Assembly: GCA_028287455.1 (NCBI GenBank)
Contig: JAQBPP010000020.1
Span: forward strand, 1 to 27,984
Direction: 5' to 3'
Length of the DNA stretch: 27,984 nt
From: Bacilli bacterium
GTDB lineage: Bacteria; Bacillota; Bacilli; Tumebacillales; JAQBPP01
The translations under genes were made by a program, and so were the position numbers. Below are positions 8,062 to 18,299 of this stretch, in pieces; position 1 is the first letter of the stretch; each line of letters starts with the position of its first letter. The notes beneath the pieces were generated by a model, which ran no database searches, was not told where the DNA came from, and saw only the letters and a list, made by a program, of their open reading frames with translations.

Positions 8062-9330
8062 TCACTTACTGGCAGAAAGTTGTTTTGCTTCCTTCACACC
8101 TTCTAAAGTAGCCAGGAATTCCTTATTTCCTTTGGTTTCTCGCAACTTCTTGAGGAAAAACTCCGTAAAATCCGGCGAATCGGACATCGTTTTACGCAGT
8201 GCCCATATTTTATCCAACTCTTCGGGTGCGATGAGCAATTCCTCACGTCTGGTACCGGACCTTCTGATATCAAGCGCAGGGAAAATCCGCCGCTCAGCTA
8301 ATTTGCGATCCAATTGCAGCTCCATATTGCCTGTTCCTTTAAACTCTTCATAAATCACATCATCCATCCTGGATCCTGTCTCTACAAGAGCTGTTGCCAA
8401 GATCGTCAGTGACCCGCCTTCTTCAATGTTGCGTGCGGCGCCAAAGAATCGTTTCGGCCGATGAAAAGCAGCCGGATCAATACCGCCAGACAACGTACGT
8501 CCACTTGGAGGAATCACCAGGTTATAGGCACGCGCCAGTCGAGTAATTGAATCCATCAGGATTACTACATCACGCCCATGTTCCACTAGACGCATTGCGC
8601 GTTCCAGCACCAATTCGGCGACCTTGATATGGTTTTCTGGCACCTCATCAAATGTGGAGGCTACCACTTCTCCTTTTACCGAACGCTGCATATCCGTGAC
8701 TTCTTCTGGCCTTTCATCAATCAGCAGTACGAATAATTCTATTTCGGGATAATTCGTTGCAACGGAATTGGCAATCTCTTTAAGGAGGAGGGTTTTACCT
8801 GCTTTCGGAGGAGCGACGATCAAACCGCGTTGTCCCATGCCTACCGGACTCAGAAGATCAATAATTCGTGTTGACAACTTCTCAGGCTCTGTTTCCATAA
8901 CCATTTTCTTTGTGGGAAACAGAGGGGTTAAAGCCGGGAAGTGAACACGCTCAGCAGCTACTTCTGGAGAAACACTGTTAACTGCTTCAACTTGCAGCAA
9001 CCCGAAGTACCGTTCATTTTCCTTCGGGGGACGAACTTTACCGGATACTCGGTCTCCAGTCCGCAAATCAAACCTTCGAATCTGTGAAGCTGCAACATAT
9101 ATATCTTCGGTTGAGGGCAAGTAGCCAATCGGTCTTAAAAACCCATAGCCATCTTGCATAATTTCAAGGACACCTTCGGCAAACATGTATCCTTCTGTCT
9201 CAGCCTGCGCTCGTAGAATCGAGAAAACTAATTCCCTTTTCTTCAATGTTCCATAATAAGGAATCTGGAATTGCTTGGCCTGTTTATACAACTCTTTTAA
9301 ATTCATTGCTTCAAGTTCGGCAATGTGCAA
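8062..9330 (-). CDS. rho: Transcription termination factor Rho
   Basis: [15 protein letters not shown]-loop, [30 protein letters not shown]; TTG start. Confidence 0.98.
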   Translation of the reverse strand: MHIAELEAMNLKELYKQAKQFQIPYYGTLKKRELVFSILRAQAETEGYMFAEGVLEIMQDGYGFLRPIGYLPSTEDIYVAASQIRRFDLRTGDRVSGKVRPPKENERYFGLLQVEAVNSVSPEVAAERVHFPALTPLFPTKKMVMETEPEKLSTRIIDLLSPVGMGQRGLIVAPPKAGKTLLLKEIANSVATNYPEIELFVLLIDERPEEVTDMQRSVKGEVVASTFDEVPENHIKVAELVLERAMRLVEHGRDVVILMDSITRLARAYNLVIPPSGRTLSGGIDPAAFHRPKRFFGAARNIEEGGSLTILATALVETGSRMDDVIYEEFKGTGNMELQLDRKLAERRIFPALDIRRSGTRREELLIAPEELDKIWALRKTMSDSPDFTEFFLKKLRETKGNKEFLATLEGVKEAKQLSASK

Positions 9331-9389
9331 ATCTTCTCACCTACAATCAAATATTAATAAATCTCTGTTGCTAATATAAAACAAATCCT

Positions 9390-9398
9390 AGTATACCA
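9390..9398 (-). promoter_or_regulatory. Possible extended -10 promoter of rho
   Basis: TGGTATACT on minus strand; -35 not evident. Confidence 0.4.
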
Positions 9399-9554
9399 TG
9401 ATTACCAGGGCTATCCTATCTTATGCACAGTCATCCTCATTTTATAAAACTTTTTCTTACGGAGACTCCAAAAAACGGTTTGAAGTCTCCAGCAGGATTT
9501 GACTGCTGACAGAGCGAAGTCCCAACTGCACAACCAAGCTAATCACAGCAGATA

Positions 9555-11126
9555 ATGCTGCAAAGGGGTCCGAATTTTTTGCCAGGCCGTTTGAAATTGC
9601 AACTGTTATCGTTAGTTCTCACTGCTGCCATGACATTCTCAATTGTATGCTTGTTCATTGGTCCAAACATTGTGTTTCAGCACTTGCAGGGTTCGGCGTC
9701 ACGCTGGGCAACATCGATCCATTCGAATATCCCTGTCCGCGGAATACTGCCCGCAGGTTCACTGCTCCCAGAGCCCACATCAACGCCTCAGACACCCCAA
9801 TATACGATTGATGCTGTATTAACACCCGCCAGCCATCTGATTACTGGGCATGAGGTCTGTCAAATCCCGGATCTTCCCGATCAAGAGCTGCACTTCTATT
9901 TATTTTCTGCATCTACACTGACAAATCCTATCCAAATCCAAGATGTTCAAATGAATTTACATAGTGTACCGTTCCGAGTTGCAAATGGGGAGTTAATTAT
10001 ACCCAATCTAAAAAAGGGGAATCCAATCAGTCTGGATATCACTTTTAGCACTTCGGTTCCTGCAGCCCCCACTCGCTTGGGTGAATTTAGCGGAGTATGG
10101 TCGCTCGATTATTGGTACCCTATTCTTGCAGTCCGCAGCGATAACAAATGGATAGGGCGCCCTGTCCCGCAAAACTTCGGCGATCCATTTTTGATGGACC
10201 TTGCCTCCTATACAATTCACTTCCGTGCACCAGCAGGCGTGCACTGGTATGCCTCAGCAGTTCCGAACGAGACGAAATCACTTGCTTCGGGGGAAAATCT
10301 TACGACTTGGGGGCCTAGCTTGCTGCGCAATTTTGCATTGTTTGGCTCATCATCATTCCAGGAGCGAACCTTTCAACTTAATCCGGAAACCTCAGTTCAA
10401 GTGGTCGGGCAAGAGAAGAGCGACATCGACCAACTGTTTAACCTCACACAGCAAACGACTCACTTTTATCAAACAGCGTTTGGTGCACTCACAACCAAAG
10501 TGATAACCGTAATTGTGATGCCAAGCCAAACAGTCTACGCACATGAATATCCCAATTTGGCCCTGCTTTCTCGGGATACTTTATCCTGGCCCACTTCTTC
10601 TCATTGGATCACTCACGAAATAGCGCATGCCTGGTGGTTTACTGAAGTGGGGACTTATAAAGCTCTGCACCCTTGGCTGGATGAAGGTTTGGCTGAGTAT
10701 TCCTCACTGCTCGCGGAAGAAGCAATAGATGGGAAACCCGCCTATCAATCAACTATCAAACAGGACTGGACGCTCTTCTCGACATCAAAGTCCTATTCGC
10801 CTCATTCAAGCGGAGCACCAATAGAGGCCGGCGGGTTAACAATGGACACCCCTTACTCCTCGTTTTCCGATGATGCAACTTATTACCAGATCGAGTACTT
10901 AAGGGCACTGCTAATGTATGCGGATTTGCGTCAGTCGATGGGGGACACCGCATTTTTCGCCTTTTTAAAGGATTTCTACAATAAAAACCAGCAGAAAACT
11001 GCGACTCCGGAAAGTTTGATGCAAGCGATGCATGACGTGTCCCCAGCAAATGAACAACTATTGAAAATGTGGATTGAGACCCCAAACGCGGTTTTAATTG
11101 ATACAGTCACAAGCAGATTTCAGTAA
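9555..11126 (+). CDS. M1-family (gluzincin) metallopeptidase with N-terminal membrane anchor
   Basis: HEIAH..W zinc motif, then PWLDEGLAEY (third ligand E), Y.RALLMY; hydrophobic residues ~15-36. TTG at 9579 after AAGGGG is an alternative start. Confidence 0.88.
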   Translation: MLQRGPNFLPGRLKLQLLSLVLTAAMTFSIVCLFIGPNIVFQHLQGSASRWATSIHSNIPVRGILPAGSLLPEPTSTPQTPQYTIDAVLTPASHLITGHEVCQIPDLPDQELHFYLFSASTLTNPIQIQDVQMNLHSVPFRVANGELIIPNLKKGNPISLDITFSTSVPAAPTRLGEFSGVWSLDYWYPILAVRSDNKWIGRPVPQNFGDPFLMDLASYTIHFRAPAGVHWYASAVPNETKSLASGENLTTWGPSLLRNFALFGSSSFQERTFQLNPETSVQVVGQEKSDIDQLFNLTQQTTHFYQTAFGALTTKVITVIVMPSQTVYAHEYPNLALLSRDTLSWPTSSHWITHEIAHAWWFTEVGTYKALHPWLDEGLAEYSSLLAEEAIDGKPAYQSTIKQDWTLFSTSKSYSPHSSGAPIEAGGLTMDTPYSSFSDDATYYQIEYLRALLMYADLRQSMGDTAFFAFLKDFYNKNQQKTATPESLMQAMHDVSPANEQLLKMWIETPNAVLIDTVTSRFQ

Positions 11127-11815
11127 GCACTGGTTTCAGTCCTCATTAGCTGCGTTCTTATAGACTGCCTGCTGCTCACCCCATAAAAAATCACGGTGAC
11201 TCCAACTAATTCAGCCAGCGGCAGCAATGCTTCCAAACCCAAATGGCTCAAGGACCCGGCTAATGATAACACGATTGCACCAATCCCCACGAATAAAGGA
11301 GTGAATCTTTTTGTTTTCCACCAGGATAGGATGGGCAGCAGAATCAGCAGAATTCCACCAATCCCGTCAAGTATGGGGGCAAATACAATCCTTGGAATCG
11401 ACTCCGACGCAAAACCCGCTCCCGCCACTGTGCCAGTCGCCGCCTGCAGATGATCGATCAGGAGAGGTTCTCGCAGCACATAAATTAAAAATAATGCAAG
11501 TGCGATTAGACTGATTCCAGCAAATGCAGCTGCAATTCGTTTCGAAAACGTCATAAACACCTGTCCAACTGCCATTACCGCAACCAGGGATATCGCACTA
11601 AAGTAATACATGCGATAACCATCTGCAGTCCAGCCGTAAACAGGCGCATAGAATTCTTCAAAACTGCTTACTGCATAAAGAAACATGGAAATCGCCCACC
11701 AAAGTTGATAAACTTTATGCTTCTGGGCATACTGAACAACCAGTTGAACAGCAAAAACAAATGAGACAACACTGGCCAATGCGGCGAAAATTGGCGCTAA
11801 ATGAATGGATGACAT
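11120..11815 (-). CDS. Hypothetical polytopic membrane protein (~7 hydrophobic segments)
   Basis: 231 aa, alternating hydrophobic stretches; GGGAGG RBS; 32 nt downstream of tal; overlaps the M1 peptidase 3' end by 7 nt. Confidence 0.8.
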   Translation of the reverse strand: MSSIHLAPIFAALASVVSFVFAVQLVVQYAQKHKVYQLWWAISMFLYAVSSFEEFYAPVYGWTADGYRMYYFSAISLVAVMAVGQVFMTFSKRIAAAFAGISLIALALFLIYVLREPLLIDHLQAATGTVAGAGFASESIPRIVFAPILDGIGGILLILLPILSWWKTKRFTPLFVGIGAIVLSLAGSLSHLGLEALLPLAELVGVTVIFYGVSSRQSIRTQLMRTETSAY

Positions 11816-11847
11816 CGCCGGCCTCCCCGTAAACCGCTCCGCGCTGA

Positions 11848-12486
11848 CTAACGCTTATTCCAATCGGCCAGGAACCGTTCGATGCCCTGATCCGTTAAAG
11901 GATGCTTCATGATTTTTTCAATCACACCCAAGGGACAGGTTGCGATATGGGCACCATTTAATGCTGCTTCCGTCACGTGGACCGGATGGCGGATTGATGC
12001 TGCTATAATCTCAGTATCAATATCATGAATGGCAAAGATGTCCGAAATCGTCTTAACCAATTCAATGCCGTTCATGGAGATATCATCCAAACGGCCTACA
12101 AACGGTGAAACAAAAGAGGCGCCAGCTCTTGCAGCCAGCAGGGCCTGGTTGGCTGTAAAAATAAGTGTAACATTTGTTTTAATACCTTTGGAAGCGAAAA
12201 TTTTAACTGCTTTCAAACCTTCTGCCGTAAGCGGAACTTTAATTACAATATTTGGATGAAGCGCAGCAAGAGGCAAGCCCTCTTCGACCATTCCTTTCGC
12301 ATCTAGCGCAACTACCTCCGCAGAGATCGGTCCATCCACAATTTCAATAATTTGCTTGAGCACTTGGACAAAATCGCGGCCCTCTTTGGCAATCAGGCTT
12401 GGGTTGGTTGTCACCCCTGAAATGACGCCCAGATCATTGGCCATTCGTATTTCTTCGATATTTGCTGTATCAATAAAAAACTTCAA
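11848..12486 (-). CDS. tal: Transaldolase (small TalC/YwjH type)
   Basis: [20 protein letters not shown] (Schiff-base Lys); SAEV and SPFVGRLDD carry the Glu/Phe pair of transaldolases rather than the Gln/Tyr of FSA. Confidence 0.93.
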   Translation of the reverse strand: MKFFIDTANIEEIRMANDLGVISGVTTNPSLIAKEGRDFVQVLKQIIEIVDGPISAEVVALDAKGMVEEGLPLAALHPNIVIKVPLTAEGLKAVKIFASKGIKTNVTLIFTANQALLAARAGASFVSPFVGRLDDISMNGIELVKTISDIFAIHDIDTEIIAASIRHPVHVTEAALNGAHIATCPLGVIEKIMKHPLTDQGIERFLADWNKR

Positions 12487-12567
12487 TTCATCCTACCTCC
12501 ATCGAAAGAACTGTACTTCTTGAGAATATACCCGATTCACTTCAATTCAATTCGCAGACGCCAAACG

Positions 12568-13431
12568 TTATGCACGGCCGCTGGAGCCAAACTCGCGCAT
12601 CTTGCTTTGGACAGTTGCTTTAATTGCGTCTCTTGCAGGACCTAAATATTTGCGCGGATCATATTCATTGGGTTTGGCCGCCAATACTTCACGTACTACC
12701 CTCGCACTGGCCATTTGATTTTCAGTGTTCACATTGATTTTTGCAGTCCCAAGAGAGATCGCACGCTTGATATCGTGAGTTGGAATCCCTGTCCCACCAT
12801 GTAAAACAAGTGGTACGCCTGTAAGTTTCATAACTTCTTCCATGCGGTCGAATCCTAGTTTCGGCTCCCCTTTATAAGGTCCATGAACTGAACCCAGCGC
12901 TGGAGCGAAACAATCTACGCCAGTCTCCCTCACCAGACGGTCGCATTCAGCTGGAATTGCATACATGGCGTCAGCATCATCCACGCTTAAATCATCTTCC
13001 TGACCACCGATCCGTCCCAGCTCCGCTTCCACGGACACCCCATGGATATGCGCCAGTTCGACCACCTTTTTGGTGATGGCAATATTTTCTTCGAGCGGGT
13101 GATGAGAACCGTCGATCATGACCGATGTAAAACCAGCCAGAATTGCTTGCGCACATTTCTCGAATGTGGAACCATGGTCCAGATGAATGGCTGCTGGCAC
13201 TGTAATTTTGTATTCTTCCATCAGCGCTTTTACGATGGCGGTCACTACCTTGAAACCGCCCATATATCGACCGGCACCTTCACTTACGCCTAAAATCACC
13301 GGTGAATTCTCCGCTTGTGCCGCTTCCAGAATCGCCTGTGTAAACTCCAGATTGTTCACATTAAATTGACCAACTGCATACTTTCCTGATGCTGCTTGCT
13401 GAAGCATTTCTGTCATGGACACCAGTGGCAT
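12568..13431 (-). CDS. fba: Class II fructose-1,6-bisphosphate aldolase
   Basis: [38 protein letters not shown] motifs. Confidence 0.97.
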   Translation of the reverse strand: MPLVSMTEMLQQAASGKYAVGQFNVNNLEFTQAILEAAQAENSPVILGVSEGAGRYMGGFKVVTAIVKALMEEYKITVPAAIHLDHGSTFEKCAQAILAGFTSVMIDGSHHPLEENIAITKKVVELAHIHGVSVEAELGRIGGQEDDLSVDDADAMYAIPAECDRLVRETGVDCFAPALGSVHGPYKGEPKLGFDRMEEVMKLTGVPLVLHGGTGIPTHDIKRAISLGTAKINVNTENQMASARVVREVLAAKPNEYDPRKYLGPARDAIKATVQSKMREFGSSGRA

Positions 13432-13511
13432 TCAAATAGCCCTCCCTGAACTCTGCTCATGATAAACAGTTCATTATAGTTTACCACGAAACGTTATATT
13501 CACCAAAAAAT

Positions 13512-13871
13512 TTAAGCCAGTTGCTCATTCACCGCCATACGCAGTTCATCAATATCAAACGGTTTGGTGAAATGTGTCAATGCCCCTAAAGCCATTGCCT
13601 CCTGAATTAAATCCAGTTCTCCATACGCAGTCATCATAATGACCTTGGTTTTAGGCTCAATCTGACGAATATGCCGTAAAATCTCAAGCCCGTCCATTCC
13701 GGGAATTTTCATATCAAGCAGCACTAAATCAGGCTGTTCGTTTGCCACGATGTCTAAAGCGGTTGGACCATTTGGCGCCTCAAAAATTTTAATTCCTTCA
13801 CTTTCTAACACTTCATGCAATAAAACGCGAATTCCGTATTGATCATCTACAATCAAGACCTTATGCTGCAT
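13512..13871 (-). CDS. spo0F: Single-domain response regulator Spo0F
   Basis: [38 protein letters not shown]; syntenic position between pyrG and fba. Confidence 0.95.
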   Translation of the reverse strand: MQHKVLIVDDQYGIRVLLHEVLESEGIKIFEAPNGPTALDIVANEQPDLVLLDMKIPGMDGLEILRHIRQIEPKTKVIMMTAYGELDLIQEAMALGALTHFTKPFDIDELRMAVNEQLA

Positions 13872-13933
13872 CCTGCAACTCCCTTTCTTCCCGCTCAGAT
13901 AAAGTTGGATCGGCTATGTTAAAATGCCATTTT

Positions 13934-13940
13934 TGCCGAA
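13934..13940. promoter_or_regulatory. Possible Spo0A box upstream of spo0F
   Basis: TTTGCCGAA contains TGNCGAA; spo0F is Spo0A-regulated in B. subtilis. A single 7-mer is weak evidence. Confidence 0.35.
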
Positions 13941-13943
13941 ACC

Positions 13944-13978
13944 AAAAAGGGCGCAAACAAATGTGCGATGTGCCCTTT
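13944..13978 (-). terminator. Probable terminator after pyrG
   Basis: AAAGGGCACA...TGCGCCCTTTTT on minus strand. Confidence 0.65.
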
Positions 13979-14020
13979 CGTGTTATTTTGTTATTTCCAC
14001 ATTTTACTAACGAATTCCTT

Positions 14021-15640
<1,620 letters not shown>

Positions 15641-15661
15641 CTATTGTAAGTGTAACCACAC

Positions 15662-15741
15662 AAAAAAACCCGATGCAAAGTCAGGAAATCTCCTGCTTCA
15701 ATCGGGGGAATGGAAAGATGCAACTAGCATATTTATTGCCC
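15662..15741 (-). promoter_or_regulatory. pyrG leader: CTP-sensing reiterative-transcription attenuator
   Basis: Predicted transcript starts GGGC (15741-15738); C/U-rich tract CUUUCCAUUCCCCC adjoins and overlaps the 5' arm of terminator CCCGAU...AUCGGG-U7 (15662-15706). Confidence 0.85.
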
Positions 15742-15748
15742 ATGTCTC

Positions 15749-15777
15749 ATCCTACAGAGTTACTATTGGTCTGTCAA
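15749..15777 (-). promoter_or_regulatory. Sigma-A promoter of pyrG
   Basis: TTGACA-17 bp-TAGGAT, 7 nt before GGGC. Confidence 0.85.
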
Positions 15778-15791
15778 GCTTATCCAGATGA

Positions 15792-16418
15792 TCAGACGTG
15801 TCCATCCTTATCTTTCTCAAGATCTTCCTCATCATCATCTTCGTCATCGTCTTCTTCCTCGTCCGGATCGACTTCTTCCTCGTCCGCGAGCACTTCATCC
15901 AGGTCATCGTCACCCAGAAGCGCCTCTTCCTCTGTGTCATCTGTCAGCTCGAGGTCAGCAACAACTTCTTCCTCCGGCTCTTCATCATCGTCTTCATTAT
16001 TTTTGTCACGACCGAACAAATAAATTCCGTCTTCCTCTTCGACTTCCAGCGTTTCTTCTTCTTCTTCCTCTTCAAATACATCTTCTTCTTCTTCATCTTC
16101 CCAATCAATCTCTTTGCGCACAAATTTCTTGGCGCCGGTCGATTTCTCAGATGTTTTTTCAGTCGGATACCAGCGTTTTAATCCCCAAACGTTGTTGCCA
16201 ATGCATAAGAATCGGCCGTCCATGTTGATTTCTGTATACAAACGGGCAATAACTCCATTGACTTCCTCTGCTGACATCCCCCGCAAACGGGCGATCTCAT
16301 TCATGATATCTCGATAGTAATGAGGTTTATTCGTTGCCCTCAAAAGTTCTAAAGCTAAGTCAACCAGAGACATGTCTCTTATTTGTTCTTCCGAAAGACG
16401 CAAAGCGTTTTCTGCCAT
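15792..16418 (-). CDS. rpoE: RNA polymerase delta subunit
   Basis: MSLVDLA, YTEINMDGRFLCIGNNVWGLKRWYP and long Asp/Glu-rich C-terminal tail; AGGAGG RBS. Confidence 0.97.
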   Translation of the reverse strand: MAENALRLSEEQIRDMSLVDLALELLRATNKPHYYRDIMNEIARLRGMSAEEVNGVIARLYTEINMDGRFLCIGNNVWGLKRWYPTEKTSEKSTGAKKFVRKEIDWEDEEEEDVFEEEEEEETLEVEEEDGIYLFGRDKNNEDDDEEPEEEVVADLELTDDTEEEALLGDDDLDEVLADEEEVDPDEEEDDDEDDDEEDLEKDKDGHV

Positions 16419-16467
16419 GGCGAAAATTCCTCCTACTTCAGGGGGTATGTATGTTATCTAACAGTGT

Positions 16468-16497
16468 ATTATAACACGATGCCCGAATAAATTCCAA
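16468..16497 (-). promoter_or_regulatory. Sigma-A promoter of rpoE
   Basis: TTGGAA-18 bp-TATAAT with extended TG. Confidence 0.65.
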
Positions 16498-16514
16498 GTT
16501 AAACTAGCTTTGAT

Positions 16515-17465
16515 TCAACTAAGCATGAAATGCCGCCATTTCCGGAGTGCATCCTGTGCTGCCGCATAAGGGGAACCACTGCCAGATTGCAAACTGGCAA
16601 GCAGGGACTGTCCCTCTGCAGTTCCGGAAAGAAAGGGTCCCAGCCATCCTTTCAGCTGTTCAACAGCGATCGCCATAACTTCACAAGAGGTTCGACTTTG
16701 ACGTCTGTCAGTCAGCCTCCCGCTCGTCTGCAGGAAAACACGATGCGCTTCCACTTCAGTCCAGGCAGCTTCGACTGTGGAAGAATCTGCAACTGTGGTT
16801 TTAACCACTTTTGGGCGGTACTCGAAATCGTGTATCAAATCGAGTAAGGTGTTCACCTCATGCACCGTTTTATCGCTGCCTGGCAGATCCGCTTTGTTAA
16901 TGATAAAGAGGTCTGCAATTTCCATCACACCTGCTTTAAGCGCTTGAATTTGATCGCCTGCGCCCGGATTCAAAACGAGTGCAATCGTATCGGCAATCGT
17001 CATTATGTCAATTTCGGATTGACCTACGCCAACCGTTTCTACAAAAATATATTCACATCCGTAGACGTCAAGTACATGAACTATCTCTCGCGTGGCCCTG
17101 GCCACTCCCCCAAGCGCACCCCGCGTGCTCATCGACCTGATGAACACCTGTGGATCTGTGGCATGATGATTCAGGCGCAGTCGGTCTCCCAGCAGTGCAC
17201 CCCCAGTAAAAGGGGAGGAAGGATCAACGGCTACGACTCCCACTCGCTTCCCCTGAGCCCGAAGCACAGACACAAACGCATCGGTTAAAGACGATTTGCC
17301 TGAACCTGGGCTGCCCGTGATGCCGATTACATAAGCGGTACCCGTCAACGGAAACAAGTCAGACAGAATTCTCCTGCCCTCTTCCGTCCCGTTTTCGATC
17401 CAGGTCATCGCGCGCGCCGCAGCGCGTTTGTCACCATTTGTAATTTTCACAGCTGCTGGATGCAA
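16515..17465 (-). CDS. meaB: MeaB/ArgK-family GTPase (B12 acyl-CoA mutase metallochaperone)
   Basis: GITGSPGSGKSS, AVDPSSPFTGGALLGDRLR, FIRSM, ETVGVGQSE, INKAD. Confidence 0.93.
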   Translation of the reverse strand: MHPAAVKITNGDKRAAARAMTWIENGTEEGRRILSDLFPLTGTAYVIGITGSPGSGKSSLTDAFVSVLRAQGKRVGVVAVDPSSPFTGGALLGDRLRLNHHATDPQVFIRSMSTRGALGGVARATREIVHVLDVYGCEYIFVETVGVGQSEIDIMTIADTIALVLNPGAGDQIQALKAGVMEIADLFIINKADLPGSDKTVHEVNTLLDLIHDFEYRPKVVKTTVADSSTVEAAWTEVEAHRVFLQTSGRLTDRRQSRTSCEVMAIAVEQLKGWLGPFLSGTAEGQSLLASLQSGSGSPYAAAQDALRKWRHFMLS

Positions 17466-17496
17466 TGCCTCATGCCTCTCTTCTGCAAGGTCAGGT

Positions 17497-18279
17497 TCAA
17501 TTGAAATTGGGCTTCCGTTTTTCTAAAAACGCGGTCATTCCCTCGCGTTGATCAGGCGAGCCGAATGAAAGACTAAACAATTCGGTTTCATAAAGCAGTG
17601 CCCGGTCCAGATCCATCGATATGCCTTCATCGACTGCCTGTTTGCACAAAGCAATTGAATAAGCGCTCTTGGCACTGATCTGTTTGGCGATCCGCCTGGC
17701 TGTCGGCATTAACTCTGCAGGCTCTGTCACGCGATTGACCAGACCGATTGCAAAGGCGCGCTGGGCATCGATGCGATCGCCGGTAAACAGCAACTCTTTT
17801 GCAGCGCCTATTCCTACAAGCCGAGTTAATCGCTGCGTGCCGCCGAAGCCAGGGATAATGCCAAGGTTCACTTCCGGCTGCCCAAATTGAGCGGTATCCG
17901 CCGCAATGCGAATATCGCAGCACAACGCGAGTTCACAGCCTCCTCCAAGCGCATATCCCTGGACGGCGGCAATCGATGGCTTTGGCAGCCGCTGCAGCTT
18001 CGTAAAGGTGCGCGACCCCTTTTGCGCAAACGTTCTGGCCTGCAGCACATCCATCTTCTGCATCTGTGCAATATCTGCTCCCGCCACAAATGCGCGTTCA
18101 CCTGAACCAGTCAGGATCAACACGTGAATTGACGTATTTTGTGCGGCATCATCCAGAATTCGGTCTAATTCATCGATGACCTGAACGTTTAACGCATTAA
18201 GCACTTGGGGTCGATTCACTGCAATTGTTAATACCCCATCTTCCAGGGTGTACAACCAATGCTCCAATTCAGTCGACAT
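17497..18279 (-). CDS. Short-chain enoyl-CoA hydratase (crotonase family)
   Basis: AFVAGADI, ALGGGCELAL.CD.R, FGQPEVNLGIIPGFGGTQRL (both catalytic Glu), EGMTAFLEKRKP. Confidence 0.93.
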   Translation of the reverse strand: MSTELEHWLYTLEDGVLTIAVNRPQVLNALNVQVIDELDRILDDAAQNTSIHVLILTGSGERAFVAGADIAQMQKMDVLQARTFAQKGSRTFTKLQRLPKPSIAAVQGYALGGGCELALCCDIRIAADTAQFGQPEVNLGIIPGFGGTQRLTRLVGIGAAKELLFTGDRIDAQRAFAIGLVNRVTEPAELMPTARRIAKQISAKSAYSIALCKQAVDEGISMDLDRALLYETELFSLSFGSPDQREGMTAFLEKRKPNFN

Positions 18280-18299
18280 ACGTTTGGTGCTCCTCCTGT

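Noticed and set aside
11848-12486. Fructose-6-phosphate aldolase (fsa) call
   Set aside because: Glu (SAEV) and Phe (SPFVGR) indicate transaldolase.
15788-16228. Ser-, His/Pro/Arg- and Phe/Ile-rich ORFs and (TCA/TCT/TCG)n-like low-complexity tract
   Set aside because: Reverse-frame read-outs of the Asp/Glu-rich tail of RpoE, not a repeat element or separate genes.
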